A DNA stretch of 53,641 nucleotides from Octopus bimaculoides (lineage: Eukaryota), in assembly GCF_001194135.2 (NCBI RefSeq), contig NC_068983.1, positions 123,297,790 through 123,351,430 of the forward strand, given 5' to 3'. The position numbers and the translations under genes are program-made. Within the stretch, counting starts at the first letter, position 1, and each line of letters starts with the position of its first letter. The notes below the pieces were generated by a model. That model searched no databases and was not told the origin of the DNA. It was given only the letters and a program-made list of their open reading frames with translations. Positions 1-12,100 of the stretch are shown here, piece by piece.

Positions 1-31
<31 letters not shown>

Positions 32-934
32 AGTTAGGGGTTGAGGATCCAACCCACTAAGGCATAATATCTATCCAATATACTGCTGGGAGGGTACCCA
101 ATTATTGTTACACTAGTGTTATACCAAGTGCAATAAGTGGGTGCATATATATATATGCAGATGTATATATGAGTATAAAATTNNNNNNNNNNTGCAATAA
201 GTGGGTGCATATATATATATGCAGATGTATATATGAGTATAAAATTTACGGAAAGCGACGATCTTCTTCAGAAACATAAACAAATACACGTGCTTTAAGA
301 AGTCATAAACAGTTCTCATATCGAAAGATCACCAACTGTCGTATTAATCTCACCTCTATCTGTAAGCCATTAACAATGACATTAACTAAAACACTGAATA
401 TTCTCTCTCTCTCTCATCAGTGGACACTATTAATGTCTCCTGCTGAGCAAGATTCACATGTGACCTATACTTCTACATCCCTAACAAGTGAGCTCTCATT
501 TTAGAGAAGATCCGTAAGAGCAATGTTATTGAGCTATACCTCAGTAAAATCTTTGACTATTTGGCATACAAATCTCACAACAAAACGTCCTGCCCACATG
601 CTCCATCCATTTCTTGTATCTTTGATTGTGGCTACATCAGCTCATCAAGACACGGTTATAACATCTCATACTATATTTGTAACTTACCTCCCTTTAAATC
701 GCTCTTTTAGTATGTTGTCATGGTTATGAAATAGCGTCAACTGGTTAAAACAAGGATTTCAACAATACTAGACGTTCAGCTGGTCTTGAGGTATTATAAT
801 TGCAATTTACTGACACGTATTTTTAGATAACAAAAAGATGTATTTATAAATTTTTTCACAGAGAATATATTCTAAATAGCCAGTATATATATTTTTATTG
901 CTTACATTCGATTGTTTACTTTTCGATAACGATA

Positions 935-1360
935 ATAATTGTTTCTAATTTAAGCGTAAGGCCAGCAGTTTTCATGGGAGAGGGTCAGTTGATACAGTCG
1001 ACCTCAGTACTTTGCTGGTACTTTTATTCTATTGATCTCAGGGGATTTGAGCTCCGAACATAAAGCGTCGGAAGAAATATTGCAAAACATTTTACCAACG
1101 CTATAACCTTTCTGCTAATCTATTGTGCTAAGATGTTCAGGAATAATAATAATTTCTTACAATGGTAGAAGGCCAGAAATATGGGGGAAAGGGGACTCGA
1201 TTACATCAGCCTCAGCATTTGTCTAATATTTCATTTTATTGAATTTGGAAGAACGAATAAACAGAGTCGACTTTAACGGACTTGTTGGAACGTAACAAAT
1301 TACTGCGTGATATTTTGTCCGACGCTCAACCGATCCTACTTTTGTCTACCTTCTCGCCTA
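935..1360 (-). mobile_element. Two adjacent copies of a tRNA-derived SINE (Nin/Inv-domain-like family)
   Basis: Share gtcgacct/gtcgactt, gaatttga-ctc-gaac and AAT tails with the copies at 11060, 29545 and 42860. Confidence 0.6.
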
Positions 1361-2529
1361 CACGTAAAATTTAAGCAAACTTCGCCGTCCACTCTTGATA
1401 GTGGTGAATAATATGATTATGGTGCTGGTGGTGGTGATAGTTTTGAGGTAGGCAAGTAAGTTACAGGTGATAATGGTGGTGGGTTAGAGATGATGGTAAC
1501 TAGCGGAACCCATGAATATTTCAATTAATGGTAAACCTATTGGGTTATTTCTGAAAACTTTATCCAAANNNNNNNNNNNNNNNNNNNNNNNNNNNNNNNN
1601 NNNNNNNNNNNNNNNNNNNNNNNNNNNNNNNNNNNNNNNNNNNNNNNNNNNNNNNNNNNNNNNNNNNNNNNNNNNNNNNNNNNNNNNNNNNNAAAAATAG
1701 CTGAAGCATATTGGCAGTAGCTAATAAACCTTTCTATTATAGGCACAAGGCATGATTTTTGAGGGAAGGAGCAAGTCAATTAGGGTTAGGGAAAACGAAC
1801 ACACGTGTGTTGCCTCTGCAAAATGTCAGAAGTAATGGAGATTAAATACGCTTTACACCGCTTAAAGTGCCAAAGGAGTAACTTGTAAACAGCTGAATAC
1901 TTGTCAGTGATTGGTTGAAATTATCGAAATAAGACAATTTTTTACATGAAATAAATCCGAATACAAATTTTTTTTCTGTTCTATAACACAAAATAGATAC
2001 GTATACGAAGTTTGAAAGTCTTTCGGTACCAAAAACACTACATAAAACATTAATGAAAACTGGTGCCCCTGTTTTGAACAAGATCCAAAGATAGTTGCTC
2101 ATCTGGTAATCATTGAAAAGTGAAGGAAATTGGAATACGATGATTACTTAATGCACTTTATATATATATACTTTATGCATAATTTTATAGACTTAATACA
2201 CAACACTCTCCCTCTTTCTCTCTCACTTTGCGCCTTACTCTCTTTTTCTCTCTCCTTTTTCTTTCGCTCTTCGCCTTTCCCTTCTACTAGTCGTGTGAAA
2301 GCATTACAGACGGGCTAAGTAACGAAGATTAAAAAAAAAAACATTTTAAAAAATTTACATATTTCACTCACCATCCCCCACTCCATACTCCTCCCCTCCC
2401 CTTCAATTAATCACGTCGAAGCCTTACAGACGGGCTAAGTAACGGAGTGACAAGTAGAATTATAAGATTGTAGTAGTGATGATAATGGCAACAATGGCAT
2501 CCAGAAATGAGTCAACAGGAAACTATTCC

Positions 2530-3260
2530 CAAAGAATTGAGCAGTGGTAGTAAATAACTTCATTGCTTCTATTATAACTAACTGCCTGATCATTGTGATT
2601 TGTTCCAATTTCTGGCTGACCAGATTGGAATGTTTGCTCTTTTACCTTTGAAAATGATGCATTCTATTGATCAAGTGATCTTTATGCTGCCAATACCTTC
2701 TGTAAGGTGGTCTTGGTATGCCATGACTGTTAATGCTCAGACATACTGAGACTGCACCACTATAGAGCTTCCTGGGTAAGCAGGTGTGGTTTCTATTTGT
2801 AAGGCATGTCTTTCCATAGATTGTCTCTTGATAGAACTACAGTCTTGGGTCAAAGAGAGACCAAGACTGGGTGCTTGACGTCTTGAATACGGTCAGGTAC
2901 TCACTACACTGGAAGGACTTTCAGGAGCAGGGCTACTATGGATAATTTCTAGAAATCCTTAACCAATCAAAGCTACTGAGGGGTACTACTGGTCCTTTAG
3001 AGATAAACTCTACAGACACAAAAATGCTGTTAGATGGGGCTGTCTGAGATGCACACAAAATCATAAAGCTATTCTATTTATGCTTGTTCAGTGTCCAAGT
3101 ATTGGTGATTTGTGGAGATGTGTCAAACAGATGTTGTGTGTTTGATGGAACTGGTTTTCTGCTAAGACCGTTGAGATCATCCCACCATACTCTTTTTACC
3201 TGGGATGCCAGGCATTTTTTCTCAGTCTAGTTGCTATAGGAAAAAACTATTTCATGGATT
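2530..3260 (-). mobile_element. Highly decayed RTE-like LINE reverse-transcriptase 3' relic
   Basis: Broken minus-strand translation (LTQEAL*WC, HGIPRPPY) recalls the RTE LxQRRLRW..GH and RIPK motifs; multiple stops. Confidence 0.35.
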
Positions 3261-3864
3261 ATGTTAAAATACTTAAGACAGACACTTTCCTCTGAGGTTA
3301 AGCCCTTATTGACAGAGGTAAGAAAACATTTTTTAAAAATTTACGAATTTCACTCACCACCCCTACTCCATCCTCCTCCCCTCCCACCTCCTCACACACC
3401 CTCCCATTCCTTCCCCCTTCAATTGATCGCGTTGAAGCCTTACAGCTGAAGGTAAGGGTGGAGAGATAAGTGCTCTCTTTAGCAAATAATTTAAAACATA
3501 GATGAATGTGGAAAAATGCTGTCAGACAGCAACTTATGCATGTGAGATGTCTTGCCTCTCTCTAAACCCCATTTTTTACAGTTTCCACCATAGCACTTTT
3601 GCTACCACATCATGTCACCACTTAAAATGGTTTTGAGCAAGTGTAGGACATTCATAATATGGGTAATAATTTCATCCACTTTATTACAGATGTGGCTCAG
3701 TAGAGACACTTACTCATTCCTAAGGTTGAACCTCCAATTTGTGGCCAAAGCTTGGTCTTGCACTGCCAGTGCAGTGCTCTCAGTCTCTTTTTTCAGTATT
3801 CCTTTCTTCAGCCAATCCCACTTATGTTTTCCAGCAACTTCACTTGTAGCTACATGGAATTAAT

Positions 3865-4916
3865 TGTATAATCCTTCGTTGTGTAATGCTTCTTCATGTC
3901 CTTTTTTGTATTTCTTGCTTTGTTTTACCCTTTATCTGTTTTTGATACTCCTTTATTCCTAACTGATACTAGCAAGGTTTCCTTACTTTTGGATAGGTAT
4001 CACAGTAAGCCTTTGAGCTTGAAATGTATGCAGTCTTCCACACTTATCTATTTGCTCTCTTCATGTATAAGTGATCAGTGTCTGCATGTGGATGATGGAC
4101 TCCATGCATTGCTAGGAGCTTTCTTGTCTTTCTGTCCAACTCCTTTAGCTCTTCCTCTGTCCACTTCAGAATTCCAGTACCACACTGAACTATTGCGACT
4201 GTGCTTGAGTTTATTGCTGTTTGTGGCATAAGCTTTGAAACAAATATTTTTCTCACTCACTGCAGGTACTCTTTCTTTATCTTTTCTTTCATATCATTGT
4301 GTTTGGTTCCATCTGCCTCAAGTATTCCCAGATATTTATATTTGGATTCAGGTTCAGTTGCCTTCATCATTTCATCACTTGGCATACATATGCCTTCTGT
4401 CCTGACAATCTTTCCTCATCTCATCACCATCATAGCACATTTTGAGAGTCTGAACTTCATCTTGATATCATTCGAGAAAATCTGCACAGACTGGACTAGG
4501 CTGTCCAGTTCTGCCTCACTTTTTGCAAACAACTTCAAGTCATCCATGAATAGCAAGTGGTACAGTTTTCCTTTACCCCTTCCTAGATCTTACCCCAATT
4601 TTGTCTTCTGCAATATTTCACTCAAGATCTTTCCCAGAACAAAAAGATCAGTGGGGATATACTGTCTCCCTGGATAATTCCTCTCTTGATTTTCATCTCT
4701 CCTAATACCTGACTCCCTGCTGTCAATTCAGTTCTCCAGCATTTCATATTGTGCCACATAAGGCTGCTCATTATTTACATTATTTACATTTGACGGATAT
4801 TTGTCCTTATGTTGTCTGTTGTTAACACAATGTTTTGGCTGATATACTCTCCAGCCTTCATCAGGTGTCTTGGGGAAATTTCAAACCTGGGTTCTCATTC
4901 CTAAGGCATTTTTTGA

Positions 4917-4975
<59 letters not shown>

Positions 4976-5310
4976 TCACTGCCTAGAATCGAACGTGCTC
5001 TTAACAACTACACCATATGCCCATCAAATGTAATTAATTCCTCATCTCTTAAATATAGAACTGTATAAGGCTGCTCATGTTTTCTGTTACTGCATACATT
5101 TCATGGTTCTTGTTATCCAAGAGTGTAGTATCATATCATATGCTTTATGATAATCACTCCATGCCATGCTCAGGTTTGTGAGTCTTCTCTTGCAGTTTTT
5201 AACTATTCTTATATGTTTGACTTTTGCTTTGTATTTGTACAAGTTGACTCCAAGTCTCATGCAGAGACCTTAAGAGACAACAAGTTAGAAGTTCAAGTTG
5301 GTGTTATGAC
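3865..5310 (-). mobile_element. R4/Dong-like non-LTR retrotransposon relic A (RT region), interrupted at 4772-5064
   Basis: LSMAWSDYHKAYDM (RT motif), LLFMDDLKLFAKSEAELDSL, KYKYLGILEA, LKELDRKTRKLL...HP.AD.D.LY. Confidence 0.8.
4772..5064 (-). mobile_element. Solo PLE terminal module (tRNA-like head, (AAT)n, hammerhead-like motif) with a 14-bp TSD
   Basis: TSD ataaggctgctcat at 4758-4771 and 5065-5078; homologous to 15170-15446 and 23316-23555. Confidence 0.82.
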
Positions 5311-5439
5311 TAGGTGTCATATATTTGGTTTTGTGCATAGTATTGTTCTAGAGAATATTTAAGAAAACATAAGAAAATTATAAGTTTGTTTTAAAATTTG
5401 AGATTACATAGACAGTACTTTACATAGGGTATGGGCAGT

Positions 5440-6935
5440 TCCCATGAGCACTATCTTTTGAATTTCTGCCATTTTGGGGTTTTCTGGTATCTAAGTTAGG
5501 TAAGAATAAGCTCCTTTTGCTATCATTCCTATGGCACCTATGACAACAGGTATTGTTTTATTCTTGAGGTTCCACATTTTGCCAATTTTTATTTCAAGAT
5601 CTTTATTCTTGCTCAGTTTTTGGTAAGTCTTGACAGATGCATTTATGTCGATTGGGACAGTCATATCAACGAGGAGGCATGATTTTTGTCTGAAGTCTTT
5701 CAATATAGTGTTTGGCCTATTCGCATCTATTTTTCTGTCAGTTTGAATGGTAAAGTTCCAGAAGAGTGAGATGTGATCATTTTCAAGCACTGGAGGTGGT
5801 TTGTGTTCCCACCAGTTTTTATCATGGGGCAGGCCCAGATTTTTGCAAATTACCCAGTGAATATACTGTGCTGCTCTATCATGCCTGTTGAGATATTTTG
5901 TAGGTGCAAGAAGACTGCACATGGAGAAAACATGATCAAAGGTTTCATTTTGTTGTTTACATACATGACATGTTGGGCTACTGCCATTCTTTAATATGTT
6001 GGCCTGGTAGTTCCTTGTAGATAGGCATTGATCTTGGGCTGCTATGATAAACCCTTCTTATTCTGATTTTAAGCCAGAAGACACTAACCATTGATGGGTA
6101 AGGGCTTTGACAACATCAGCATTATTAGCTCCTTTTGAGTATTTGCTATTGAGAGGTTTTTCTTGCTATTTATCAGTCAGAATATCTAAGGCAGCAGTTT
6201 TAGCACGGGTTTTCATACACTTAGCTTTTTCTGTGCTTGTTTCCAGTACGTCTAATTCTGGAATTTGTTGTATTTGAAGTTCAATTATATATTCCTTTGC
6301 CTGTTTTGTTACTGAGTATGATGCTTTCTTGTTTTCATGCTTTAAGACAAGTTTTAACATCCAATCATCAGAGTGTTTCAGGTAGGTGTTTATTGCTGAA
6401 ATTATGTTTTGGTATTCAACTTTGAATCCAACACATTTCTCAATCATTGCAGATACTCTTTCTGTATCTTTTCTTTCATATTATCATGCATAATTCCATC
6501 TGCCTCAAGTATTCCTCGGCATTTTCATCAGAATTTGGTTTCAATTGCCTTCATCATTTCACCATTTGACACACATAAACCTTCTGTTCTGACAAACTTT
6601 CCTTGTCTCATCACCATCATAGCACTTTTTGAAAGACCAAACTCCATCTTGATATCATTTGAAAAATCCACACAGAATGGACTAAACTGTCTAATTCTGC
6701 CTTACATTTTGCAAACAAGTTCAAATCAACCACAAATAGCAGGTAATTGAAATTTCTTTTACCACTTCCTAGACAATACCCCAACTTTGTCTTCTACAGT
6801 ATTTCACTCAAGAGGACTATTCTCAGCACAAATATCATTGGGGATACACTGTCCACTGCCCCACTGGAAGATTCCATTCCTAGTTTTCACTTCTAACACC
6901 TGATTCCCACTATTATTGTTGTTGTTGCGTGGGAG
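5440..6935 (-). mobile_element. R4/Dong-like retrotransposon relic B (RT 3' half plus restriction-like endonuclease)
   Basis: RHDRAAQYIHWVICK, WNFTIQTDRKIDANRPN, LLVDMTVPID, KYKDLEI-like and IPVVIGAIG motifs; RT paralogous to relic A. Confidence 0.82.
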
Positions 6936-6939
6936 AGCA

Positions 6940-7490
6940 GTGCATGCCAACAAAGTGACACTGGGGTACAAATAAACGAAGCCCAGAATACACATCATGA
7001 TTATTTGTCTGATAAGGGTACGCCAGGTACATGCAATCACAACCATATATGCATGACATGGTGATCTCATATCAAGGTAAACGGTGCATGACCTTGCAGG
7101 TTGTGCCCCAGTTAGAATTTTCTTCATGTCGAGTAGCCCATCCCACTCAAATGGTCCCTGTGTAAGGTTTGTTTAAGGATGTTGAATGAAACACCTATGT
7201 TTCCAGAGGTGAATTATTCAAACCTCAAAGAATTCCTCTCAAAATATGGCTATGATGCTTCCCCACTACTTCTGCTCATGATCAGAGATGCACATATCAT
7301 CAGCCACTCAGGGACATGCTCACCTGGTTAAGGTCAAGCAACTGACAAGCAAATCTGTGGTATTGAGTAGAATATTTGCTGTAGCCCATCTTTTATACAA
7401 AGACAAAACAATGTAGTACATGATAACACTTCCGATCAGTTAAGATCAGAAGCCATGAGAGTCACTGCCTGGTACTGCATCAGGGCATTT
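6940..7490 (-). repeat. Non-coding interspersed repeat abutting relic B, possibly the 5'UTR of the R4-like family or a separate SINE
   Basis: Non-genic, relatively GC-richer block bounded by (AAC)n at about 6920-6935 and (ATC)n at about 7490-7505. Confidence 0.4.
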
Positions 7491-7504
7491 ATCATCATCA
7501 TCAT

Positions 7505-8245
7505 CATTATTATTCAGTAGTCTTATTTTTATCATGTGCTTTCACTGCACTACTGAGTGCAGCTATATGTGCTTTAGGTACAAGTTGTGGTTTGTTGTGG
7601 TGCTCTTATTTTCACTGTATTGAAAGTGCTGTACATAGGATGTGCACAGTACCTAGTAGTGCTATTTTCTGTATGTTATATACATTTGTAGGCCCTGGTG
7701 TTTTGGTTATGTATTTGTCTGAATGCTTTTTAATCATACCTAATACATCTATTATTATAGGGATTGTTTCTGTTTTTAGGCTCCACATTCAGGTTACTTC
7801 TATTTCCAGATCTTTGTATCTTGAGAGCTTCTCTGTTTCTTATTGAGATACATTGTCATCTGTTGGTATTGATACATCAATTAGAAGACATTTTTTTCTT
7901 GGTAGTCACCTACAACTATATCCAGTCTATTAGCCTTTATTTTTCTACTTGTATGTATTGGCACATCCCAGAGTATGGTTGCTTTGTCATTTTCTGAGAT
8001 CTTTTTTGGGATGTGCCAATACCATCTTTTTTCTGTTGTCATTGTATTGTATTGGCATAGCTTCCAGTTTATATATAGGTACCAATTCTGTCATGTCTGT
8101 GGATTTATTCCTTCTCAGCTAAGATTGGGCAACCAGTGACAAAATGATTTATTGTTTCTTCCCCATCGCCACATATTCTGCAGTTACTTGTATTTTTCTT
8201 CATTATGTGTTTCTGGTGATTTCTGGTAGGGAGGCTTTCATATTA
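7505..8245 (-). mobile_element. R4/Dong-like retrotransposon relic C (endonuclease domain and 3' end)
   Basis: LLIDVSIPTDDNVS..ETEKLSRYKDLEIEVT.MWSLKTETIPII; both ends sit in ATT/ATC microsatellites. Confidence 0.8.
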
Positions 8246-8890
8246 TTATTATATTATCATCATTGTCATTATTATTATTATTCATTAATAATATTATTTT
8301 CATTACTAGAATTTTGTAAGATCAGTAACAAAGAATAGCTGCTCTTACATTGTGCCTTGGAGCAATGTCCATAATTTTGCTTGCTTCAGTCTGTCCAACA
8401 GGAAATGAATTCTACACCTACATCATAAATGAACAATTAAAGGTTAAACTAATTGCTGTAACATAAGTACCAAGAGTTTATTGCCTATTACCTTTCCTTG
8501 ACAACATGCAATAAATTCTTGTTAGCAATAATAATCTTAGCTTGGCAACTAGGATACTTTCTCTTGAATTAAACCTTATCAGTGTGTCTCTGGAATTCTT
8601 TTGTTATTGTTACATGGTTTTATTCAGTGAACTTCTCTCTTAGAAAACTTGGCAAAGTTGTGAGAGCACTAGACAAAATATCTTGCAGTATTTATTTTCC
8701 TTTTCATTCTTAGTTCAAATTCAGCCAGTCAACTTTGATAAAGTACCATCTAAGTACTACAATTAATTTAATGACTATGCTTTTTGTCAAAATATGAGAT
8801 TTTGTACTTATTCTAGAAATCATTGTTATCATTACATGATGCATATGCAATGTTATGTTTGTCTAGTTGCAGGAAATTTTGAAGTATAAA

Positions 8891-9124
8891 ATGAATTACA
8901 AAGTAAAAAAGAAGAAATCAATAAGTTCAAAAAAATCAATTGGAATAAATGATCAGAAGAAACCTGAAAGGAACAAATCCCAACAAAAATTAGTTAATAA
9001 TGTTATTATGAAAAAATTTCTGAAAGTATATACCAAATGTTGTACAGATACTAAATCTGCAGTATGCCCATGGATAAAAGTGGCAACACACAGTTGCATC
9101 AAAGAAAACTCTCTCCTGAAAAAG
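8891..9124 (+). CDS. LRR gene coding exon 1 (MNYKVKKKKS...IKENSLLKK)
   Basis: ATG at 8891; upstream acceptor ttgcag at 8867-8872 implies a 5'UTR exon further upstream; donor AAG|gttaaa, phase 0. Confidence 0.78.
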
Positions 9125-12100
9125 GTTAAATTTTATGGATCTTTCACTACTTTTAACATTGTGTGAATGTGTATAGCAAGAATTGGATAGTATCTCATTC
9201 ATATGTAAGGAAATCTCACACTATCTTGTCTTTCCTTGTATATGTTTTTATCTGTACATGCATACACAAGAATCAGAATTTTCCTCAAACATATTTCAAT
9301 AATGCTTGGAACTTGATTTTAGTATTTTGGTGAGAGTTTAATAGTCAGCTCACACTAGAAAGTGATATGTAGTTCAATGACAAGCTCTTTACAAAATTGT
9401 TTGTGCACAGCCATGTTATTTAGGTGTTAGTACAAGTTCATTAAGTAGTCATTGTTAACATAAGTTATACAGCTAATACTGACGGATGTTATTAAGCAAT
9501 GAATTGGTTATATAACTATACTCTCTGTACCTTAACCAAGTTTTTAGAGTTTGAGTTGTTTGTTATGGCTTAGAGGAGGATGAGCATGACTTTTTCTTGG
9601 CTTTCAATACTTCTGAGGATATTGATAAAAGGAAGAAACCATAAGTTGTTATCTTGATACACTACTACAGTATCAGTGTCATCCTCTAGAGGTCTGGTCA
9701 GAGAACTCTGCTAAAAGAACCTAGGAGTCAGCTGATGGTGTTATCATCATCATCATTTAATGTCCACTTTCCATGCTAGCATGGGTTGGACGATTTGACT
9801 GAGGACTGGTGAACCAGGTGGCTACACCAGGTTCCAATCTGATTTGGCAGAGTTTCTACAGCTGGATGCCCTTCCTAACACCAACCACTCCGGGAGTGTA
9901 GTGGGTGCTTTTACATGCCACTGGCACGAAGGCCAGTCAGGCGGTACTGGCAACGGCCATGCTCAAAATGGTGTATTTTATGTGCCACCTGCACAGGAGC
10001 CAGTCCAGCGGCACTGGCAACGATCTCGCTCGAATGTCTTCGCACGTGCCAGGAAGGCTGGGTACAGGTGCCATTAATCTGAGATAAATTATGTCTACCA
10101 TCCAAACTTATCATCAGTTATTAAATAATTAAAAACCTCTTTCTTTTTAGCTTATCAAAGCTAAAATCTTAATGAAATACTATGATAGAAATGGGTTTTG
10201 GGAACTTGGTAACATAAGGTTTATGCTTGAGGACCATAAATCATGGATTTACACTGAAGGATCCCAGATGGATCCATCAGAGATGGATCTTTTGGCAACC
10301 TTTTGGTCTCTTAATTTAGCCTTAAATATGTACATTCATCCACCAAAAATACTGTAGTACACAAACCCAAAACTTACTTCTTTGAACATATATGTTAAAG
10401 TGTTGAGTGTTTATGACAGCTTTGTAGCAATGAATATGGTAGAAATTAACCGATACAGAAACCAGCCAAATCAATGGATATTAAAATAAGTTTTATGTTA
10501 TAAAAAATAAATAAATAAAAACTATATTTTTAATTTCTAAATAGCTAATCAATGATATAAATACACTATTGAAAAACGTTTTGCTTACAAATAGCAATAA
10601 TAATGTTATCAAATACTCAACCACCTCTGTTTTTATGTGTCTCCACTCAAATTCTTTCAAATAACTATAAAATGCTTCTGTTATACCATTAGATCTGCTT
10701 CAATTTTCATTTGCATGAAATCAAAAAGATTCAATACATTGTATGGGTGCATGAGAATTTGCTGCTTTGACAAAATTCTGACTGGTTTGTAAAATAATAC
10801 TCAAATACATGTGATAATAATTATCTATATTCATCTATATTTCTATGTATTTAAAGAAAAGTATTCAATAATAATAATAATTTAAAGAACAAAAATATAC
10901 AATAATGAAAGCATTTTATAATTAAATTGTTACACTAATCTCATTGAAATTTTAACTAAATTCAACTTAAGTAACAAGGAATTATTATAAAGCATTAATA
11001 GTTGTACTTTTTTATTCCTAAAATTAAAATTTTTTTGATAGAATATAAACATCTTTACATTCCCTAATGTTAATGATATCGGTTTCAAATTTTGGCACAA
11101 GGCCAGCATTTGGTGGGGGGGGGGTTAAGTCAATTACATCGATCCCAGTGACATTTATTTTATCAACTTCAAAAGGATGAAAGGCAAAGTTGACCTCAGC
11201 AGAATTTAAACTCATCAGAAGAAATGTCAGCATGCTAATGATTCTGTCAGTTTGTTACCTTCATGTTACTTAATAATATTGAAATGGCTTCTTGGACTCT
11301 TCAGAATCTGGCAAATCAATCAAGTTCAGAAGAATAAACTTTTTTATTTGCTGTGAGAACTAGAGAATATAACATTGTGTTACTCTTATTCTTTGTGCAA
11401 AAATGAGGAAGTGAAGGAAAAACTTGAGCTGTCATTTCAATGACAATTCCGCTATGAAATATCATAACTCCATTACAACATATCATACATTAATTTAATT
11501 TATAACATGAAGCACCCACTACACTCTCTGAGTGGTTGGCGTTAGGAAGGGCATCCAGCTGTAGAAACTCTGCCAAATCAGATTGGAGTCTGGTGTTGCC
11601 TCCTGGTCCACCAGTCCTCAGTCAAATCGTCCAACCCATGCTAGCATGGAAAGCGGATATTAAACGACAACAACGACTCTTTTTCAGTAATTTTATCGAT
11701 TAGAAAAACGGTTTTAGACTGTTGAAACTAGGTTAACAGTCTGATATCAGATTCTATCAGTATTGAGGAACCATCTCTAAGAATTCAGATGGATAATCAA
11801 TGCAAAATAGTATTTAAAAAAATAGATGTGTAAGTAGTGATATACTGAAACAAGAAAATTATCACAAAAAATAAGTATTATCTGCTTGGCTAAAATCACT
11901 TTACAAGTGCACCAAATTGTCAAAACCAACATATAAATAGAATTTTAAATCAATTTATAGAATTGAGTGAAAGGTAATAACTGGCAGAATTGTTAGCACA
12001 CTAGGCAAAACGTTTAGCAGCATTTCATCTGCCTTCACATCCTAAGTTCAAATTCCATCAAGGATGACTTTGCCTTTTATTCTTTTGGGGTCAATAAAAT

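Noticed and set aside
121-245. Direct duplication of about 56 bp either side of the 10-N gap at 183-192
   Set aside because: Typical scaffolding overlap artefact rather than a real tandem repeat.
7430-7490. Loose resemblance to 5S rRNA (ccgatc...gatc..gaagc...gcctggt)
   Set aside because: Similarity is too patchy to support; an HDV-like fold on the opposite strand also did not fit by hand.
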